Shown: positions 52,520-64,000 of the stretch, piece by piece
How the letters are laid out: each line of letters starts with the position of its first letter
Position numbering within the stretch: position 1 is the first letter of the stretch
Notes under the pieces: generated by a model
What the model was told of the DNA's origin: nothing
The model's database searches: none
The model's input: only the letters and a program-made list of their open reading frames with translations
Position numbers and translations under genes: made by a program
Assembly: GCF_006345805.1 (NCBI RefSeq)
Contig: NC_043000.1
Span: 32,178,001 to 32,242,000 of the forward strand
Source of the DNA: Octopus sinensis
Taxonomy: Eukaryota
Direction: 5' to 3'
Length of the DNA stretch: 64,000 nucleotides

Positions 52520-53198
52520 AAAATAGTGTACATTTCAACACAAAAAAAAATTACCCATTAACAGGTAATTTTTACATGCTAGAAATAGCAGCCAATAATT
52601 TTCTTTTGTGTTTAAATGTACACTATTTTAAAATATGAATATGTTGTCTATTGACTATTTATGTTAGACCACTGGTGGTGATATTTATAACGAATATTCG
52701 TTACCCTATATATGTATCTTATGAATATATTCTTAACATTCTCGAAGATTCGGCTCAGCTTTGTAATTATTGCTGACTGTAAATGCGCCTGCGTGCAGAG
52801 TTTTGAAAAATTATAATGACGGAACACATATGTTCTTGTCTCTGAATTTTAAGTTAGTTATTGAGGCCGGTTACTGATGATATTGTTTTACTAAATTACC
52901 TATTAAAGGATGGCAAATAATATTATTTGCTAAAGAAATTTCGAAACCATGGTATAACCGCTAATAAATAACAAGGTTAAAGTTTTTATTTTTCAATTCC
53001 TTTGCAAACTGCTATTAAATCGTAGTTTTGGCCATGTTGGCCGCTATTTCTAGCATGTAAAAATTACATGTTAATGGGTAATTTTCTTTTGTGTTTATAT
53101 GTACACTATTTTAAAATATGAATATATTGTCTATTGACTATTTATACATGCTAGGCCACATGTGGTGATATTTCTAACGAATATTCGCTACCCTATAT
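52512..53198 (+). mobile_element. PLE-like pseudo-LTR with inverted and partial-tandem end copies
   Basis: 52512-52595 is inverted relative to 53038-53119; 52596-52710 is a direct repeat of 53080-53198; contains an HHR; (TA)n flanks. Confidence 0.72.
52868..52960 (+). ncRNA. Type I hammerhead ribozyme (base of stem II imperfect)
   Basis: cggtta-CTGATGA...tc-GAAAC-catg-GTA-taaccg; perfect 6-bp stem I. Confidence 0.75.
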
Positions 53199-53319
53199 AT
53201 CATCATCATCATCATTTAGCATCCACCTTCCATGCTAGCATGGGTTGGATGGTTCAACTGGGGTCTGGGAAGCCAGAAGGCTGCACCAGGCCCAGTCTGA
53301 TCTGGCAATGTTTCTATAT

Positions 53320-53369
<50 letters not shown>

Positions 53370-53373
<4 letters not shown>

Positions 53374-54350
53374 GAAATTAACAAAGATCAGGAGAACAGA
53401 GATTTGCACATCCATATTTCATTACATGGTTATTTACATCGTACTTCACTCGGACCTGTGCACATTTTGGCTGCAAACTACTTCAAACTGCTAAGTGTGC
53501 ATCTTGATGCAGCTTCCTCAGGGTGAGTTTTACTGCTGTTCAAAGATCATCTGAAAGAAACATGAGACCAACCAAACAGGAGTCCTTTATGAGGTGGTGG
53601 TCTTACTATGAATAGTTGTATTTCTCGTGAGATGATGTTTACCTTGGCCACTTAGGTATTTATTGCTGGGTTTGGGTTTAAAGTAGGTCAAGGTTCCTGT
53701 ACGTTCCTAATTATATTCTATCTTACCATTCTACTAATTTAGGAGAGTATTCTCTTAAGGTATTCAATTACATTTTTGGTTTATTTTTTATAATTATTAA
53801 TCTATAGATCTAAAATTTTCTTGTTATGTTGTAATTAAATATCCTGCTTATAGTTAATTTTCTTAAACATAATCTTACTCTTCAACTCTTTCAAAAATAT
53901 TATATAGTTTTATTTTTGTAGTGTTGTTCACTTAATTCAAGTTCATTATTTGTTTTAATTTACTTAAATCGAATTCTAGTTGTTTGTATAATGCGTTTAC
54001 TTAAACTTCTTAAAAGTCTATTTAGATGCTTGAACACATCTTTAAGCGCATTCTTGTCTATGGTTTATCAGATTGAATTTTGAGGTAAAAATTTGGCATA
54101 TTTCCTCAACACACACAATTTACAACGTTTGCTTCCTCTACAATGCAGTTTAGCTCTGCTAATTATCTCCTAGCTAATTGTGCATTCTCTATTATCTTAT
54201 AGCAACCAAATAAATTTACTTCGGTAAATTTTCACTAACTCGAGTTTCACCAACATTTGCTGTGGCTAGCCAGCATTGAGAGCCAATCTAAGAGTTAACA
54301 AGGTAACTGCCAGGATTATATATCCATCAAAACCATTTTTGGATACATAT
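53370..54350 (-). mobile_element. Old PLE 3' fragment (GIY-YIG remnant + decayed HHR at ~53450-53530)
   Basis: SKFIWLL..EIISRAK..RGSKRCKLCV remnants; CTGAGGA-agctgca...tgcagcc-aAAAt. Confidence 0.6.
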
Positions 54351-54369
54351 ATATAGAGAGAGAATTAAG

Positions 54370-54890
54370 AGACAGAACCTCCATAAAGTAATTTAATTAA
54401 TAATGAAAGATATTATCTATAATAAAATATAAATTTAAATATATTATTATTAACATTGTACTAAAAATTTCTATACTAAACAATACACATTAAAACAACA
54501 TTATTATTTATATTGTACTAAAAATTTCTATACTAAAAAATACACATTAAAATGACAACGCGTGTTTCGTGGCTATGTATACTAATCTACAATATCAAAA
54601 TCGATATTCTCAAAAATTAATATTTCTTCGATACATAGCCACTCTTCAGGTAATATTATAAGTACTCTCTACATCGTTATCATTAGATGTGTTAATATTA
54701 TTGTAGTAGGCTTTCCATTTAATCCTATTTATAAAAATTTTTTCGTTATTAATTAGTTTCAACATATATTCTTTTTTCGATGGAAAAGGGATATCTTTCA
54801 GAAATGAATTCCAAAATAGAGGTTCTATCTTCCATGCAGTCTCCATAACTAATGCAATTGAGAGTTAAATACAATCAACAAATTATATAT
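54370..54890 (-). mobile_element. Short PLE derivative: ORF N-terminus joined directly to an HHR-containing 3' end
   Basis: SFLKDIPFPSKKEYMLKLI..EKIFINRIKWKAYY resembles PLE N-termini (recalled); the ORF stop lies within the HHR core. Confidence 0.6.
54551..54655 (-). ncRNA. Type I hammerhead ribozyme with perfect 12-bp stem II
   Basis: attac-CTGAAGA-gtggctatgtat...atacatagccac-GAAAC-acgc-GTT-gtcat. Confidence 0.8.
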
Positions 54891-54892
54891 AC

Positions 54893-54926
<34 letters not shown>

Positions 54927-55889
54927 AAAAGAAAGATAGAATGAACAAGCAAAACATGTGAAATCACTTTTGAGTATGTAGTTTATAATTCAGACATAAT
55001 TGCAGAGTTGTTGGAGTAAGATAATATGAATATCTCAAAGATTATAGATTTTGTAATGTCATAGAAACTGATATGAATATTTCAAATTTGGAAGCAACCA
55101 TTTTCTTAAAATAAGGAATGAAGCCCTAGTACGGTTATTGTGACAATCAGGATAACATTAATTAAAGAAGGTTATATCCATATGAGAGAGAGAGAGGTAA
55201 ACATCCATGAACAACACTTATAATTTATCAATATGGTGGAATATATATTACCATATTTGTAGATTTAGATCATAGATTCACTGTTAAATTAATCACCATA
55301 ACAACAGACAGATATACTGAAATACCATTAAATGCTGTCACATTTCTCATTGATCTTTTGTATTGTGTCAAACATAAACAAGGTCAATTGAGTTAGCTGA
55401 CCCTTCGTATTCGCAATGTCATTTTCATATTCTAATGCTTCAAAGAAGACACCAAATGCTGCCTCAATGCAGTGAAAAAGGGAGCTTGGTAAAAGAGCGA
55501 ATGGATATTGTTGTTTAGCTACGATCATAGCTGTTCCAGTTATGACCTTCACATCTTATTTATAGTCAGTGTATCTAAGACCGCACTGTCCAAGATGAGG
55601 TTTTTTTTTTGTTTTATTTTAAAATGTGAGAATGCTACTCAAAGGGTGTTTGGTTGCTGTCTCTAAAAGCTTGAGAAAGCAAACCCAAACACCTAGTCTT
55701 CAGCAACACAAAAGAACAAGAGATATAGCATGAACAAAATATATTATATTTTAAGTTCTGGACTGAAATCTGAGTTCTTGACCAATAAATTATAGACTTG
55801 TAATCTATTATAACTGACCATTATCACACCAATAAGAATTTCAAACTTGAAGATATGATTCAGGAAAATGGTTTGGAAGTTCAACTTAC

Positions 55890-55960
55890 CAAGGCCGGGG
55901 CTTTGGGGCTTCTGTTGATTGAAGAAACGACTGTAGAAATGGATCAATATGCTGTCCTCG
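55890..55960 (-). CDS. SNX14: SNX14 internal exon (RGQHIDPFLQSFLQSTEAPKPRP)
   Basis: Acceptor tttctgcttctttaaAG, donor GTaagt; 71 bp, phase 0 to 2; resembles human SNX14 [23 protein letters not shown] (recalled from memory). Confidence 0.88.
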
Positions 55961-56188
55961 CTTTAAAGAAGCAGAAATACAGGGGTTAACAAATGCAAAG
56001 AGATATTCACATACAAATACACACACAAATTTATAGACAGATTGAGAGAAAGACATACACACACATGTACACACACATATATATATTAATGTTTGGTTTT
56101 ATTTTATAATAAAAACAGTTTTACATTTAACAGAAAGATTACCCAATACTTTTGGTAGTATACAAATTTAATTTTCTCTAACAAGACT

Positions 56189-56232
<44 letters not shown>

Positions 56233-56422
56233 ACCACATGAGTAGCATTGGCAATTTTCTTCCTCCGTCTTCCCTTCTTTTGCACTTTCCTCTATTTCTG
56301 AAGAAGAGCTCTGCTCAAAACATAAAATCGCCTTTCTTTCCTTTCCTGAGCGTCTGATAATACCGTACTTGTACCACATCCTCGCGTTGCTTTTTTTTTA
56401 TTTGTTTGGATTTACAATATAT

Positions 56423-56840
56423 ACTCTTTTTTTTTACTCTTTTACTCTTTTACTTGTTTCAGTCATTTGACTGCAGCCATGCTGGAGCACCGCCTTTAGT
56501 CGAGCAACTCGACCCCGGGACTTATTCTTTTTGTAAGCCCAGTACTTATTCTATCGGTCTCTTTTTGCCGAACCGCTAAGTGACGGGGACGTAAACACAC
56601 CAGCATCAGTTGTCAAGCAATGCTAGGGGAACAAACACAGACATGCAAACACACACACATACATATATATATATACATATATACGACAGGCTTCTTTCAG
56701 TTTCCATCTACCAAATCCACTCACAAGGCATTGGTCGGCTCGGGGCTATAGCACTTGCCCAAGATGCCACACAGTGGGACTGAACCCGGAACCATGTGGT
56801 TGGTTAGCAAGCTACTTACCACACAGCCACTCCTGCGCCT
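56423..56840 (-). mobile_element. Full-length composite CORE-type SINE
   Basis: tRNA-like head, atcttgggcaagt CORE-like segment, internal (TA/TG)n, 3' tail ggcggtgctccagcatggctgcagtcaaatgactgaaacaag + (TAAAAGAG)n. Confidence 0.8.
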
Positions 56841-56850
56841 ATATAAATAT

Positions 56851-56886
<36 letters not shown>

Positions 56887-57432
56887 GATGTATGTATGTA
56901 TGCATGTGTATGTATATATATAATAATATAAATAATATATAAATATATGCATATATACATACATATATGTACATACCTACATAAATATGTATATATACAT
57001 GCATATATGGATACGGGACACATATGTATGTGTATATATATATATATATAGAGTCAGACAAGTTGTCCACAAAGCTTTGGCTTTCGTGGACACGAAACCC
57101 TTGGTCACTCTATGACCAGACTTTAAATTTTTGTTTTAATAATCACTGCTCTATTCTTTAGCGTGTGCTCCTTTTCTGATATGTGTTTAATTGTGTGTAT
57201 GTGTGTGTGTGTGTGTGATACCAGTGCTGCCTCACTGGCTCCCCGTGCCAGTGACACGTAAAAAGCACCTACTACTCTCACTGAATGGTTGGCATTAGGA
57301 AGGCATCCAGCTGTAGAAACCTTGCCAAATCAGAATGGAGTCTGGTGCAGCCTACTAACTTGCCAGTTCCCTGTCCAACACATGCCAGCATGGAAAACAG
57401 ATGTTAAATGATGATGATGATGATATATATAT

Positions 57433-57468
<36 letters not shown>

Positions 57469-57499
57469 TATATATACACTAAGAGATGTATTAGGACAT

Positions 57500-57502
57500 G
57501 AA

Positions 57503-57536
<34 letters not shown>

Positions 57537-57651
57537 ATGCGTGTACATATCCATATCTATCTATATATATATATCTATACATATCTATATATATATATCT
57601 ATATCTATTTATATATGTATATATATATGTGTGTGTGTGCAAATCCATATC

Positions 57652-57683
<32 letters not shown>

Positions 57684-58206
57684 CATATCCATATATATAG
57701 CTACATCTATTATATATATATACATACATATATACATCTATATATATCTACATTTATATCTACATCTATATATATCTACATTTATATCTACATCTATATA
57801 TATCTACATTTATATCTATATATATATATATATACCTATATATATCTATCTATATATCTATACATATACATCTATCTATATATCTATACATATACATCTA
57901 TCTATATATCTATACATATACATCTATCTATCTATCTATACATATACATCTATCTATCTATCTATCTATACATATACATCTATCTATCTATCTATACATA
58001 TACATCTATCTATCTATCTATCTATACATATACATCTATCTATCTATACATATACATCTATCTATCTATCTATACATATACATCTATCTATCTATCTATC
58101 TATACATATACATCTATCTATCTATCTATACATATACATCTATCTATCTATCTATCTATCTATACATATACATCTATCTATCTATCTATCTATACATATA
58201 CATCTA

Positions 58207-58258
<52 letters not shown>
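57500..58258. repeat. Compound (TA)n/(TATC)n minisatellite
   Basis: Directly visible; unit tctatacatatacatcta(tcta)n. Confidence 0.95.
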
Positions 58259-58259
<1 letters not shown>

Positions 58260-58260
<1 letters not shown>

Positions 58261-59195
58261 TGAATGAATTATCCTATGTTTATCGTTCGTCAGCATGGAA
58301 AATTCAATTAACCGAAACATGGGTAGCAAATTCACGTCAGAAACACAGTTGAAGCAACCTGTCCAAGGGTAGAAACTCCGGGTTCAGGTGCAGAAATTTG
58401 TGTGTTGTATATGAATAAATGAAAGAATGGAGTTGAACGAAGATGTTAACAAAATTCCTTTACTCTCGACATATGTTTCGAAGACAACATGTTTTCATTC
58501 CAAAGGAATAAAGGGGGCATTATGCAATCTTCTCATCAGGAAAGAAAGGGAGCCTCTCTCGACAACAAGACAAACAAAAATTTCAATGACTGCCTACATG
58601 GTAAACAAAACGATAATGAGTGTTTTTTAAAAAAACCGTTAGAAGAATTGACGTCAAAGATAGATAGTAGGAAGAGAAGGGTTAAAGGAATAATAGGTAG
58701 GGAACAAGTGGAGAGGGAAGGGTATGTTGATTGAAAGAATGTTCAAAGGCTTAGGAAAGAAATTCGGTATTGAAGTGGGGTGGACGTAAAGCTAATTGTT
58801 CAAACCACAGTGACTATCGTTATCATTTATATGAGTAGAAAGTATGTTTCTGCCAGTGTTTACATTTTTATGATTTTTCTGAGTGTGTTTACTTGGGGAA
58901 CCTTAGAGAAGAGAATATGGAAGAGTTCAGAGTTGCAAATGTTACAAAATCTCCTGCCCTTATCAAAAGGAAAGGATACAGACAGTATGAACCAATCTAA
59001 CTTGAAATTTATATTGGTTTGAAATTCTCTTCCCAGTTATCCAAGAGAATTTCAAACCATTATTCAACATTCAGGGATAGTAAAAAACGACATAGTACAG
59101 GGCTAAGTAAATTAGTTTGGTGTCTTAAAGACAACAATATAAATTTCAAGTTAGATTGGTTCATACTGTCTGTATCCTTTCCTTTTGATAAGAGT
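58260..59195 (-). mobile_element. PLE 3' end (GIY-YIG C-terminus, UTR, HHR, tail) plus an inverted plus-strand endonuclease fragment (59020-59195)
   Basis: Minus: NINFKLDWFILSVSFPFDKGRRFCNICNSELFHILF; plus: KRISNHYSTFRD..LSKLVWCLKDNNINFKLDWFILSVSFPFDK; homologous to the 49-kb element. Confidence 0.85.
58463..58545 (-). ncRNA. Type I hammerhead ribozyme, intact core
   Basis: ctttc-CTGATGA-gaaga...tcttc-GAAAC-atat-GTC-gagag. Confidence 0.85.
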
Positions 59196-62100
59196 CTTTT
59201 TTATGCATGGCGGAAAGAATTGTCCAGCAGCTAACCTGACTACACCAAGCACAGAGAAGGAACCCTGCCCACCACTATGCAAGACCACCACAGTCAACAG
59301 ACACGGGATGGCCTCCCCTAACGCCTGCACAGCCATCACCCCAATACTTTTACTAAATATTGGGGGCCTGTTGCATCAAGATAGAAACAAAATTTCTTTC
59401 CTGAGAGATCTTACTGCATGCAATCAAGCCCTATGCATAGCACTTGTGGAAACTCACCTCAACCTTGATATAGAGGACGCAGAAGTACACATACCAAACT
59501 ATGCCATACTGCGAACAGACAGAAGGGAAAGGAGCCATGGTGGAGTTGCTGTATACATCCGAGATGACCTCACACCCCATACTCAAATTCGGTATGTGAC
59601 ACCTTAATTGTATACATAAGACAACATAATATAGTCATATGCAATACATATTGCCCACCAGATGCCCCAAATCACATAGGCAAGTTTGAAGATTGCCTCA
59701 CAAGAATTAAAGAAATCCTCATGAATCTGGAACACCACGTGACCATATTTCTTATGGGTGATTTCAACTTCCCCAATGTCAAATGGCCCGAAGGTCACAT
59801 ACTCTCAGGAATGAATCATTGCAAGTACAGGTGGAGTCCCTGCTCAACCTCACCAATGCCTTATTCATGGAGCAAGTTGTACTCAAGCCAACTAGGGCGA
59901 ATAACATTCTGGATCTCTGCTTCACAAACAATATGGACATCATTCATGATGTGAAAGTGACACCGACATCAGTTTCGGATCACAACATAATAGAGCTGTC
60001 TATGTTTAGGCCGAAAGTAACCAGAGAAATACAGCCTAAAGGAAGCACCCGAAATCTCTCCAATCTGAACTTCCACAAAGCAGATTGGAAATCGATCCAA
60101 AAAGAGATCCTCAGAGAGGACTGGCCGGAATGTCTCTCCACACCAGACATTGACATGAAACTAGAATGTTTCATGTCTTCTGTGAAAGCTGCATGCCAGA
60201 AATATGTCCCAGAGCACAAGGCCAAAACAAATAGGAGCAAGATTCCAAGAGACAGGAAGATCCTCATGAGACGACGGACAAAGGTTGCAAATCGTCTCAA
60301 CCAACATCCCAAAAGTAGCGAAACGTCCCGCCTAAAAACAATACTGATGGAGATCGAAAAAAGGCTGCAACAATCCTATGTGAAGGAGAAAGCAGACAAA
60401 GAAGCCTGGGTCATAAGAAACATTAAATCAAACCCAAAGCCTTCTTTCATTACGTGAAAGAAACAGTCTCAGTGCACTACAAGATAGGACCCCTCCTCCA
60501 AAAGGATGGCTCCCTCACAGACAGTCCAACTAAGATCAGTGAGATGCTGAATGACCAGTTCAAAAGTGTCTTTACCACCCCATTGGAACACAGACAAGTG
60601 AACGAACCAGTGGACTTCTTTGCCGCCTCACCTATAACCAGCGAGGCGGTTACAATAGAATGTATTGACATTAGCGAAAAAGATGTCCTACTAGCCATAG
60701 ATGAAGTGGACACAAACTCAGCTGCTGGTCCAGATGGTTTCCCAGCCATCCTCCTCAAAGCGTGTAAGCATGCCCTGGCAAAACCCCTCAAGATTCTCTT
60801 CCAGAGCTTTCTTGCGAATGGCAAACTGCCAAGCAAGCTGAAGGAGGGAATAATATGCCCAATACATAAAGGGGGAAGTAGAGCAGATGCCAAAAACTAT
60901 AGGCCTATCTCTCTGACTTCACACATCAGCAAAGTCATGGAAAGGATAGTCAGAAAGAAACTAATCGCATTCCTTGAGGAAAATAACTTGCTGAGTAATA
61001 CCCAGCATGGTTTTCGACCAGGTAGGAGCTGCCTGACCCAGCTCTTACAGCATTATGACTGGGTGTTGAGGCAGTTACTCAACAAATCAAATGTGGACGT
61101 AATCTACCTTGATTTTGCAAAAGCTTTTGACAAGGTGGATCATGGTATGATATGCCACAAACTACGTGACCTCGGCATAGCTGGAAAACTTGGAGTGTGG
61201 TTGCATGACTTCCTGAAAGAAAGGAGTCAGGCAGTAGTGGTTAATGGAGCCACCTCTATGAACACACAAATAGTGAGCGGTGTTCCACAGGGTACTGTCT
61301 TGGGACCACTGCTTTTTATAGTGGCCCTCTCAGATATGCCCTCAAATGCCCGGATAGCCACTCTGGCCAGCTATGCAGACGATACGAAAGTCTCGCAGAA
61401 AATACAGAACCCCAGCAATGTTGCACACCTGCAGCAGGAGTTGGACTCAATCTACAGATGGCCTGAGGATAATAATATGCAGTTTAATGCTGAAAAATTC
61501 CAGGCCCTGCGCTACCAGCATCCAAAACTGAATATTAAACTTACAGGATACACCAGTCCACAGGGAATTTCAATCCCAGAGCCTAAGTCTGTGAGGGACC
61601 TGGGTATCGACTTGAGTGATGATACCTCTTTCCAACTGCACATTACCAGGATGGCGACAAAGTGCAGACGACTGGCTGGGTGGATCCTAAGAACATTCAG
61701 AACCAGAGATAAGGAAACCATGATGGTCCTCTGGCAGACATTCGTCCTCAGTTGCCTGGACTACTGCTCACAGCTATGGTCACCCACCAGTGTAAAATTA
61801 ACAGCGGACCTTGAAGCAATCCAGAGAAGATTCACAAAGAAGATCGTCTCTTTGCAACAGCTCAGCTACTGGGAAAGGTTGAAACAGCTAAGACTCTACT
61901 CCCTGGAGAGAAGACGGAAGAGGTATGCAGTAATATATGTCTGGAAGATCCTGGAAGGAATTGTGCCAAATTTTGGCATTGTAAGTTACACCAATGCTAG
62001 AACGGGATGACACTGCATAGTGCCAAAGATCCCAGCAATGCCATCACGCTTCAGGACCAGCTTCTGCAACAGCCTGGGTTTCAAGGGCCCACAGCTTTTT

Positions 62101-62357
62101 AATATTCTCCCAAAGAGTCTGAGGAACTTGCACAAAGTAGATGTAGCGGTTTTTAAATCAAAGCTGGACATCTTCCTGTCAAGAGTCCCAGATGAACCTA
62201 TCTCACGGCAAGAGGTGCAAATGAGAGTAGCTGTATCAAACTCCATTCTTCACCAAGTGCCACATATTAGACGAGGTTCGTCGTAATAACAGTGCAGCAC
62301 AAAACGGCGGTGCATCAGCATGGCCACAGCTATGAGCTGAAACTAGAAAAAAAAAAA
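59195..62357 (+). mobile_element. Near-complete CR1-clade LINE ORF2 (APE endonuclease + RT), pseudogenised, A-rich tail
   Basis: APE: IALVETHL, HGGVAVYI, MGDFNFP, PTRANNILDL, SDHN; RT: QHGFRPGRSC, YLDFAKAFDKVDH, SGVPQGTVLGPLLF, YADD; several frameshifts and a TGA at ~62008. Confidence 0.93.
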
Positions 62358-62391
62358 TATATATGTATCTATGTATATATCCATATATATA

Positions 62392-63177
62392 TCTCTCTAT
62401 ATATAAACGGCAGTTTGTCTGTCTGTGTGTCTGTCAGGTTGTACCCTCACCCTGACCATGGCTTTCAACCGATTCTGGTGAAACTTGACACAATGTCATA
62501 ATTCAAAACTAACACAGCGAAAATTTTGAAAAGTTCCCCCAGTTCTGAAAAAAAATCGATAAATTCGACATGGGTCGAGAATCTAAGCTTTTTATATGCA
62601 ACACATTTTCTACAGACTGTCTAGGGGACGCAACTCGACCTTTTTAACTCTCGGAACACGTGGGGTAAGTATCCCAAAATGTATAATAATGTACAAAAAC
62701 GGCAAAAAAGCGGGCAGCAATGTGAGTGACAACAACGAAAAAGTCAAAAGTGACCAAACTGAACAAACGAATGGAAAAAGTTTTTTGATGCACACGACAA
62801 AAGCGGTTTATAATAAACCAAGAGTTTGCAAGTAGCGTCCGAGGACCCTTAGGGTACATCAAAAATTTAAGGTAAACGTTTGGAGTGGTAGTTATAAAGA
62901 AAGTGTAAACAAAAAAAGTATTCGAATAACTTGCGGCTGCAGCAGCTATTAGCAGAAGTGGCGGTGTTGGGGGTAAAGTCCCGAATGTAATTTCTTCCTG
63001 GTAGGAATTGGTTGGGTTGAATTATCGATAGCTGTTTGATAGTTATTTGGGAGTGAAGAGAAGACATTGCAACCTACACATGTGCCTTCGTTCCCTAGAG
63101 GGAAAGGACTAGATTGGGATTAGTCGTTGCCTACTAGGGGCTCTTACATACCCGGGCAACGCCAGGCTATGCTGCTA

Positions 63178-63178
<1 letters not shown>
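62392..63178 (+). mobile_element. Non-autonomous Helitron
   Basis: 5' A|TCTCTCTATATATAAACGGC; 3' GC-rich hairpin cccgggcaacgccagg then CTAG|T; no TSD; inserted in (TA)n. Confidence 0.75.
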
Positions 63179-63224
<46 letters not shown>

Positions 63225-63227
63225 CAT

Positions 63228-63575
63228 ATCATCATCATCATCATCGTTTAACGTTCGCTTTCCATGCTAGCATGGGTTGGACAGTTCAACTGGGGTCTGG
63301 GAAGCCCGAAGGCTGCAGCAGGCCAGTCAGATCTGGCAGTGTTTCTACAGCTGGATGCCCTTCCTAACGCCAACCACTCCGTGAGTGTAGTGGGTGCTTT
63401 TTATGTGCCACCGACACAGGTGCCAGACGAGGCTGGCACGGCCACGATTGGATGGTGTTTGTTATGTGCCACCAGCATGGAGGCCAGTTGATGCGGTACT
63501 GGCTACGGCCACGTTCGGATGGTTTTCTTATGTGCCACCGGCACTGGTACCACAAAGCTACAAATTCCATTGAAT
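63228..63575 (-). mobile_element. RTE 3'-UTR-derived repeat (representative of roughly 20 copies in the window)
   Basis: (CAT)n-cgtttaacg..ccatgctagcatgggttggac..tttctacagctggatgcccttcctaacgccaaccac; copies e.g. 15512-15810, 18680-19160, 20650-21015, 42160-42440, 43010-43330, 57220-57425. Confidence 0.85.
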
Positions 63576-63932
63576 ATATACCTATATATATAACTATATA
63601 TATATATATATATACCTATATATATAACTATATACATATAGATACATATCATCATCATACATATGTATCTATATATACACACACACATATGTACGTATGC
63701 ATAAATGTATATGTATGAATAAATATATATATACATAAATATGTATATATAATACGTGTGTGTATGTATATGTGTCTACATATATATATATGTGTATCTG
63801 TGTTTATGTAATTATGTATATATATACATATATATACACATTGACGTGTGTGTATGTGTTTATACATATGTATGTATGTGTGCGTATGTGTATATATATA
63901 TATATATATGTATGTATGTGTATGTGTATATA

Positions 63933-63967
<35 letters not shown>

Positions 63968-64000
63968 GTGTGTGTGTGTGTGTGTTCCTTTCCTTCTTCA

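Noticed and set aside
55328-55552. 74-aa minus-strand ORF with protein-like composition
   Set aside because: No recognisable motif, not needed for SNX14 phase continuity, no convincing splice pair

Overview
AT-rich, microsatellite-dense animal genomic DNA. The repeat repertoire suggests an octopus or other coleoid cephalopod (inference, not verified). The whole window lies inside one minus-strand gene. Six short GT-AG exons (55960-55890, 45973-45919, 38612-38492, 35198-35034, 31732-31702, 82-18) splice in phase into a stop-free peptide matching the C-terminal Nexin_C region of sorting nexin-14 (SNX14). The introns are filled with transposons: R4/Dong-type RLE retrotransposon fragments in (AAT)n, RTE and CR1 LINEs, several tRNA-derived SINE families, a Tc1/mariner fragment and a non-autonomous Helitron. 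The most striking signal is about a dozen type I hammerhead ribozyme (HHR) motifs carried by Penelope-like elements (PLEs) in (TA)n tracts. They include a probably very young RT + GIY-YIG element flanked by ~870-bp inverted repeats. Most short ORFs in the supplied track are microsatellite or antisense artefacts.
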